NCBI GenBank assembly: GCA_046540615.1
Contig: JBKHFA010000003.1
Span: 1-41,998, forward strand
DNA from: Armatimonadota bacterium
GTDB taxonomy: Bacteria; Armatimonadota; Zipacnadia; Zipacnadales; UBA5352
Length of the DNA: 41,998 nt
Direction: 5' to 3'
This document shows positions 36,739 through 41,998 of the stretch, piece by piece. The translations under genes and the position numbers were made by a program. Within the stretch, counting starts at the first letter, position 1; each line of letters starts with the position of its first letter. The notes beneath the pieces are model-generated. The model was not told the DNA's origin, searched no databases, and saw only the letters and a list, made by a program, of their open reading frames with translations.

Positions 36739-37842
36739 TTGCGACAGGGTAGAGGGGGCGGACGTTCGCGGGTGAAAATCGACTTCGTCCAGAAGCTGAG
36801 AGATTTCTCAGTTACTGGCCTGAAACTCGCGGCGCTGGTCTTCGCGATCAGCATTGCGTACATGTTGTACGCAGTCTACGGCGGGCACCTCGGCGATGCG
36901 GTCGGTCAGCGCGTGATCTCCAACCTGCAACTGGTGGGGCAGGCGATGGCGCTCAGCGGCGCGGTCTTCACGATCTGCCTGGTGATCGTGACCTACGAGG
37001 AGATTGCCGTCGCGGTGGTGGCGGGCCTCTTCGGCATGGGTCTCGTGCTCGGCTTCCCGCTGATGGTGGCCGGCCAGGTCTCCAGCGCCGCCCAGCGGGC
37101 CGGGGAGATCATCACCAACTGGGCCGGGATCACCGGGCAGACGATGGTGGCCATCGTCGGCTTGCGGATTCTGATCGAGATCGTCAACTACATCCGCGAG
37201 GCCCCCGCCCGCCGGGCGCAGATGGCAAAGGACCAGGGGCTGCAGCCTGCGAAGAAGCGAACTGCCGGTGGGCCTTCATTACGTCTGTCGCGTTGCTGGG
37301 AGATGCCCTACTGCCATGAGGCGATCAAGGAGATGTGCCCGGCGTTCAAGAACCGCAAGAACTGCTGGCGGCTCAAGCAGGGCTGCAACTGCGATCCGCA
37401 CCTGATCGAATCGCTGCTCAAGCGTGGCGGCAGCACGGACGTGCTCCCCGAGCAGGGCTCAACGTACATCCAGAATGAGTCGCAAAAGGCCGGGGCGCAA
37501 CCGGGCACGGTGCGGACGCGCGAGTGCCGCAACTGTCCCATCTTCAACGAGCACCAGCGCGAGAAGTTCAGGCTTCTCAATCCGATCATGGTCGCGGCGA
37601 GCATCATCGGTCTGGTCGCCGCGTACCCGCTCATGCAGAGGTTGTACACGCAGTTCATCACCTTTCTTGCATCACTTGCTCAGCGCTTCGCGCTCAGTGA
37701 GACGGTTCCCGTCAGCGAGTGGATCGAGCGATTTGACACGCCGGGCGTCTGGACGTTCTTTTACATCATCGTTGGTCTGCTGCTTCTTTCGTACGTCCTG
37801 AAAGCCGTTGAGTGGGCCGTTCTTCAGCGCAAGATCGTCTGA
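36739..37842 (+). CDS. Uncharacterised ~6-TM membrane protein with an 8-Cys two-CW-type loop
   Basis: GAGGAGG SD before TTG; hydrophobic N- and C-terminal segments around CWEMPYC-x7-CP-x7-CW-x5-CNC...CRNC. Confidence 0.8.
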   Translation: MRQGRGGGRSRVKIDFVQKLRDFSVTGLKLAALVFAISIAYMLYAVYGGHLGDAVGQRVISNLQLVGQAMALSGAVFTICLVIVTYEEIAVAVVAGLFGMGLVLGFPLMVAGQVSSAAQRAGEIITNWAGITGQTMVAIVGLRILIEIVNYIREAPARRAQMAKDQGLQPAKKRTAGGPSLRLSRCWEMPYCHEAIKEMCPAFKNRKNCWRLKQGCNCDPHLIESLLKRGGSTDVLPEQGSTYIQNESQKAGAQPGTVRTRECRNCPIFNEHQREKFRLLNPIMVAASIIGLVAAYPLMQRLYTQFITFLASLAQRFALSETVPVSEWIERFDTPGVWTFFYIIVGLLLLSYVLKAVEWAVLQRKIV

Positions 37843-37870
37843 TCACCAGGCACGCGCCCCGGTCTTTCGG

Positions 37871-37900
37871 CGCCCGGACCTTGATGAGGTCCGGGCGTTT
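37871..37900 (+). terminator. Intrinsic terminator after the pilT cluster
   Basis: CGCCCGGACCT-TGATG-AGGTCCGGGCG 11-bp stem, then TTT. Confidence 0.7.
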
Positions 37901-38073
37901 CGAGTCTGCATCGCGGGGCCCGATCGTGACGTTGCGACCGTAGTGCTCAAAGCGCAGATCCCGGGAGGAAAGCGCCTCGCGGCACTGAAGTTCTACCAGG
38001 GGGCGTTGGGCCTGCACGGTGTTGATCTTCCGCGCATTACGGCGCGCGCGCCGGCGCTGACATGGGTGAGACG

Positions 38074-39882
38074 ATGAGCGTTGAGCAGATAATTGTCTTT
38101 GTGGTTCTTGGGCTTACGCTTGCCCTCTTCATCTGGGGGCGGTGGCGCTACGATGTCGTCGCCCTGATGGCGCTGCTGTTTGTCGCTGTGGTGGGCGTGG
38201 TCCCCTCCGGTGAAGTGTTCATCGGTTTCGGTCATCCGGCCGTCATCACTGTGGCGGCGGTGCTGGTGCTCAGCCGCGGTCTGGTGAACGCCGGGGTCGT
38301 GGACGCCATCGCTCGCATCCTCTGGCGGGTTGGCGACAATACGGCCGTCCAGGTCTCCGCGCTCACCGGGTTGGTGGCACTGCTGTCAGGGTTCATGAAC
38401 AACATCGGCGCCCTCGCGCTGCTGATGCCCGTCGCGATCACGATCGCGCGGCGGCAGGGCAGTTCCCCGTCGCTGTTGCTGATGCCGCTGGCGTTCGGAT
38501 CGCTCCTCGGCGGCATGCTCACGTTGATAGGCACCCCGCCGAACATCATCATCGCAAACTACCGCGAGCAGGCCGGGATGGAGCCTTTCCGCATGTTTGA
38601 CTTCCTGCCGGTCGGCGTCGGAGTCGCGGTCGTGGGCGTGGCTTTCATCAGCCTGATAGGCTGGCGACTGGCTCCGAGACGGGTAAAGGATACCTCAGCT
38701 GAGGACTTCTTTGACATCCACGACTACGTCACCGAGGTTCGGATGCGGGATGATTCGGACTATGCCGGGCGCTCGCTGCGTGAACTCATGCTCGAGGTGG
38801 AGGAAGAGGAGGGCGATGTACTCGTCCTCGGCATGACACGCGACGATGATTCTGAACTGATGCCTCCAATGCTGACGACGCTCCACGCGGGCGATATTCT
38901 GCTCGTTGAAGCGGATCCTGAGAGCCTGGTCACTTTCATAGAGATTGCTGGTGCGGAGCTGGTGACAGGTGGCGAAGGTGGCGAAGGTGACAAGGATGAG
39001 CTGAGATCAGCAGTCGAGAGCCTGAATCTGAGTGAGGTGATTGTCACCGAGGAATCACCGCTGGTGGGGCGCACGGTGAGAACGATCGATCTGCGGAGGC
39101 GCTACGGCATGAACGTGGTTGCCGTGGCGCGTCGCGGGGGGCAGATTCGCAAGCCCCTGAGGGAGATTCGCTTTCAGCTTGGAGACATATTGCTGGTCCA
39201 GGGGTCGGAGGACGCGGTGCGGCGCGGCTGTTCCCAACTGCAGTGCCTGCCGCTTGCCGACCGAGGTCTGCAACTGCGCCGGCCGCAAAGCATGCCGCTG
39301 ACACTGGGCATCTTCGGGGGAGCGCTGGCTCTTGCGGCGCTGGGGCTGGTGCCGGCGGAGGTTGCGCTTTCCGGCGCCGCGGTACTGATGCTCCTCACTG
39401 GTGTCATCTCTCCGACTGAGGCCTACGACAGCATCGACTTCTCGATCATCGTTCTGCTGGCCGCGATGATTCCTCTCGGGACGGCGCTGGAGACGACCGG
39501 TGGCGCGGAATTGATCGCCGGTGGACTCTTCAACGTGGCAGGCTCCGCTCCACTGGTTGTGTCGCTGGCAATACTGATGGTCGCCACGATGCTGCTGTCG
39601 AATGTCGTCAACAATGCAGCCGCCGCGATTCTCGTGGCCCCGATCGCGATCGATCTTGCGGGAGCGCTTGACGTCTCAGTCGATCCGTTCCTGATGGCGG
39701 TCGCGGTTGCCGCGTCAGCGGCTTTCCTGACGCCCATCGGGCATCAGTCATGTACGCTGGTGATGGCGCCCGGCGGGTACAAGTTCGGGGATTACTGGCG
39801 GATGGGCCTGCCGGTGTCGATCCTGGTGATCGCCACCGCCATCCCGCTGATACTCTGGGTCTGGCCGCCGATGCCTGGATAG
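38074..39882 (+). CDS. SLC13/CitMHS-type permease with two TrkA-C domains
   Basis: RWRYDVVAL, SGFMNN, GGMLTLIGTPPN, SPLVGRT, SNVVNN, FLTPIGHQ, PGGYKFGDYWRMG. Confidence 0.9.
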   Translation: MSVEQIIVFVVLGLTLALFIWGRWRYDVVALMALLFVAVVGVVPSGEVFIGFGHPAVITVAAVLVLSRGLVNAGVVDAIARILWRVGDNTAVQVSALTGLVALLSGFMNNIGALALLMPVAITIARRQGSSPSLLLMPLAFGSLLGGMLTLIGTPPNIIIANYREQAGMEPFRMFDFLPVGVGVAVVGVAFISLIGWRLAPRRVKDTSAEDFFDIHDYVTEVRMRDDSDYAGRSLRELMLEVEEEEGDVLVLGMTRDDDSELMPPMLTTLHAGDILLVEADPESLVTFIEIAGAELVTGGEGGEGDKDELRSAVESLNLSEVIVTEESPLVGRTVRTIDLRRRYGMNVVAVARRGGQIRKPLREIRFQLGDILLVQGSEDAVRRGCSQLQCLPLADRGLQLRRPQSMPLTLGIFGGALALAALGLVPAEVALSGAAVLMLLTGVISPTEAYDSIDFSIIVLLAAMIPLGTALETTGGAELIAGGLFNVAGSAPLVVSLAILMVATMLLSNVVNNAAAAILVAPIAIDLAGALDVSVDPFLMAVAVAASAAFLTPIGHQSCTLVMAPGGYKFGDYWRMGLPVSILVIATAIPLILWVWPPMPG

Positions 39883-39942
39883 GGGAGAGAGGGCCGGACA
39901 GGCGTGAGATACGCGGGTGCGTCGGGGAGCGAGTGCGGTTGA

Positions 39943-40842
39943 TTACTGCTGCTCGGATGGCTCTCTGGTCAGCGACAGGGCCTTGACGGTCTGTCCGCCG
40001 CGGTAGTCGGTCGCCGTGACCACGATGATCCCGTCGGCAACGCCATCCACCGGGACCTCGGCGGCGAATGCGTTTCTGCGATCGAGTTCAACGTGCGTTC
40101 CGTTGATAGTGACAGTCGCGCCGGGTTCGGAAACACCGGAGATGGTGATGCTCCCGGCGTCCTCGGGAACGACCACGGTCTCATCACTGTCGAGTTCGAG
40201 GCGCGGGCCGATGATTCCGGCCTGCGCGCTCCAGTTGAGCGCGTCGTCGGCGAGTCTGCTCACGCGCGCGACCTCGTCCTCGACGGAGGCAATCTGTCCG
40301 GGGGTGACGCTGGTGGCCGTGCCGGCCCCGGTGTCAACGTCCACCTCGCCCTCGTAGACCGCAACGCTCGTGTGGCCGGCTTCATCCACCGCGACTGAGA
40401 AGACGGTGCCCCGCACACCCGCCGTGGCGGTTGGCGTTCGCACTTCGAACTTGGTCTTGCCGCCGATGGCGGAGAGTACACGCACCCAGATGCGCCCGGT
40501 GTCGAGATCAAAGAGCGAGGTGGTCTCCTTCGTGTTCGTATTGAGCGCTGCCTTTCGCACGCGAATGCTGGTCTCGGGAGCGAGGCGGATGCGGGAGCCG
40601 TCGACCCAGTTGAGGGTGACGTCGCCGTCCGCGCCGGTTCGCACGACGTAGCCTGCCAGGACGTGCTCGGCGTCGCCGATGGGGCGGAAGTCGTCGTCGG
40701 TCGCGGATTTCACCAGGACCTCGCCCGCCACGCCGCTCACCGATGCAATTCGCTGGACGATTACCAGCGACTGCATCATGAGCACGGCCAGGAATATGAA
40801 TATCCCGAGGACCCCGACAAGCAGGATCGCGGATTTGCGCAT
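39943..40842 (-). CDS. FecR-domain protein with N-terminal membrane anchor and C-terminal Ig-like domain
   Basis: VRTGADG...DGSRIRLAPET, FEVRTPTATAGVRGTVFSV, VAVYEGEV; ISGVSEPGATVTING. Confidence 0.88.
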   Translation of the reverse strand: MRKSAILLVGVLGIFIFLAVLMMQSLVIVQRIASVSGVAGEVLVKSATDDDFRPIGDAEHVLAGYVVRTGADGDVTLNWVDGSRIRLAPETSIRVRKAALNTNTKETTSLFDLDTGRIWVRVLSAIGGKTKFEVRTPTATAGVRGTVFSVAVDEAGHTSVAVYEGEVDVDTGAGTATSVTPGQIASVEDEVARVSRLADDALNWSAQAGIIGPRLELDSDETVVVPEDAGSITISGVSEPGATVTINGTHVELDRRNAFAAEVPVDGVADGIIVVTATDYRGGQTVKALSLTREPSEQQ

Positions 40843-40959
40843 AATGCGTTCCCCGTTTATACTGGCGGTTCCTGATACTGAGTGGTGTGCACTGCTTCGC
40901 TACCATCAGAGAAATACCCTTCTGAGGCGCTCAATAAACGGCGGGCGCGCGGTCCGAGC

Positions 40960-41998
40960 ATGGCTGGAACCGGTGAAATGCGATCGGGGATTCATCCACC
41001 GCAGCGGCGACGACTCGCGCTGGTCATCGCGCTGGTGGTGGCCATCGTGCTTCTGCTGCGATTCTGGCCCGCGTTCACACTCCTCGATGGGCTGGAGCTT
41101 CAGACGCTTGACTGGCGTTTCACCCAGCGGGGCCCCCGCCCGCCGCATCCCGACATTGTGATCGTCACCGTTGACCAGAGCAGCATCGCCGAGATCGGCC
41201 GCTGGCCGTGGCCCCGCCGCATCTTCGCCGACGTGATCCGGACGGTCAGCGGCGCCGGAGCCAGTGCGATCGTGTTCGACATCTTCTTTGCCGATCCCGA
41301 CGATTCCGCGGGCGGCGCGGCTTCAGATGCCGAACTGATCGATGCCACCCGGGAGGCCGGGATCGTCTACCACGCGGCTTTCGGTCGGGCCGCGCAGCAG
41401 CAGGGAGACGACGGGAGTGACACCCCTGACAGTGCGCTGGCTTCGCAGTCGTGGGAGGCCGCTGATGTGATGGCGCCGGGCGGTCTCAACGCGGCCGCGA
41501 GTCTCTTCGGCGTGGGGGAGGTCACCGCTCCGCTGCCTGGCCTGATCGATGCCGCACGTGGCGTGGGTTTCGTGAACGTGGTTGATTCCGGCGACGGCGT
41601 CTACCGCCACACATTTGCAGTGCTGGAGCATGAGGACCGCCTCTACCCATCACTCTCTGTCGCGGCGGCCGCGGGCCTTCTTGGAGCGGAGCCCGAAGAT
41701 GTGATCGTCGCTCCGGGAGAGCACGTCGAGTTGAATGACCAGCGACGGATCCCGCTTGACCGGATGGGGAGGACGCTGGTCAACTTCGCCGGTGGCGCGG
41801 AAACGTATCCTTTCATCCCCGTGCGAGAGGTGCTGACGATGGGGGAGCGCGCCCCCGAACTCGCGCGCGAGCGCTTCAAGGACAGGATCGTCCTCGTCGC
41901 GGTCACCGCTCCCGGTCTCTACGATCTTCGCGCGAGTCCCTTCGATGCGGTGTACTACGGTGTTGAGACGCAGGCCAACGCGCTGGCGAACATTCTCG
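40960..41998 (+). CDS. CHASE2-domain sensor protein (3' end outside window; absent from the ORF track)
   Basis: Open frame from ATG 40960: TM, LELQTLDWRF, DIVIVTVD..SIAEIGRWPWPR, GASAIVFDIFF, DSGDGVYR, FKDRIVLV, YGVETQANALANIL. Confidence 0.9.
   Translation, partial: MAGTGEMRSGIHPPQRRRLALVIALVVAIVLLLRFWPAFTLLDGLELQTLDWRFTQRGPRPPHPDIVIVTVDQSSIAEIGRWPWPRRIFADVIRTVSGAGASAIVFDIFFADPDDSAGGAASDAELIDATREAGIVYHAAFGRAAQQQGDDGSDTPDSALASQSWEAADVMAPGGLNAAASLFGVGEVTAPLPGLIDAARGVGFVNVVDSGDGVYRHTFAVLEHEDRLYPSLSVAAAAGLLGAEPEDVIVAPGEHVELNDQRRIPLDRMGRTLVNFAGGAETYPFIPVREVLTMGERAPELARERFKDRIVLVAVTAPGLYDLRASPFDAVYYGVETQANALANIL

Noticed and set aside
37900-38040. Possible gene remnant on the minus strand (RKINTVQAQRPLVELQCREALSSRDLRFEHYGRN)
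   Set aside because: Codon pattern looks coding-like, but there is no SD or recognisable family; cannot be supported without BLASTx
1-41998. Many long antisense or overlapping ORFs; CRISPR arrays; transposases
   Set aside because: Shadow ORFs are expected at this GC content opposite well-supported genes; no repeat-spacer array or transposase motif was seen

Overview
GC-rich bacterial chromosomal window. The phylum is most likely Armatimonadota, inferred from the DUF1559 prepilin-like gene style ([33 protein letters not shown]) and the CBM/DUF4091 and secreted hydrolase genes. Left to right: (1) housekeeping run coaBC(partial)-metK-priA-def-fmt, a small TPR protein, then an ASKHA-type reductive activator of corrinoid proteins with a stand-alone corrinoid protein; (2) a translationally coupled ~13.4 kb envelope-glycan locus: ArnE/EamA-like flippase, four GT-C-fold membrane proteins (two YfhO paralogs, one ArnT/PMT-like, one unassigned), a cobalamin-dependent radical SAM enzyme, a KdsC-type phosphatase, two GT2 and one GT4; (3) a histidine kinase with degenerate ATP-binding boxes, a CBM/DUF4091 glycoside hydrolase-like protein, a BatA-vWA protein, an atypical alanine racemase, a stand-alone membrane C39 peptidase and a secreted serine hydrolase; (4) a lower-GC ~1.1 kb gap holding a decayed SLOG/LOG-family gene and an apparent minus-strand transcript (promoter, structured leader, strong SD, 23-aa ORF, 3' hairpins) missed by the ORF track; (5) DUF1559 pilin-like gene, tRNA-Ala(GGC), two PilT/PilU ATPases, a Cys-rich membrane protein, an SLC13/TrkA-C permease, and a divergent FecR / CHASE2 pair cut by the window end. 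No CRISPR array, integrase or transposase was seen. Family calls come from motifs read by eye; no searches were run.
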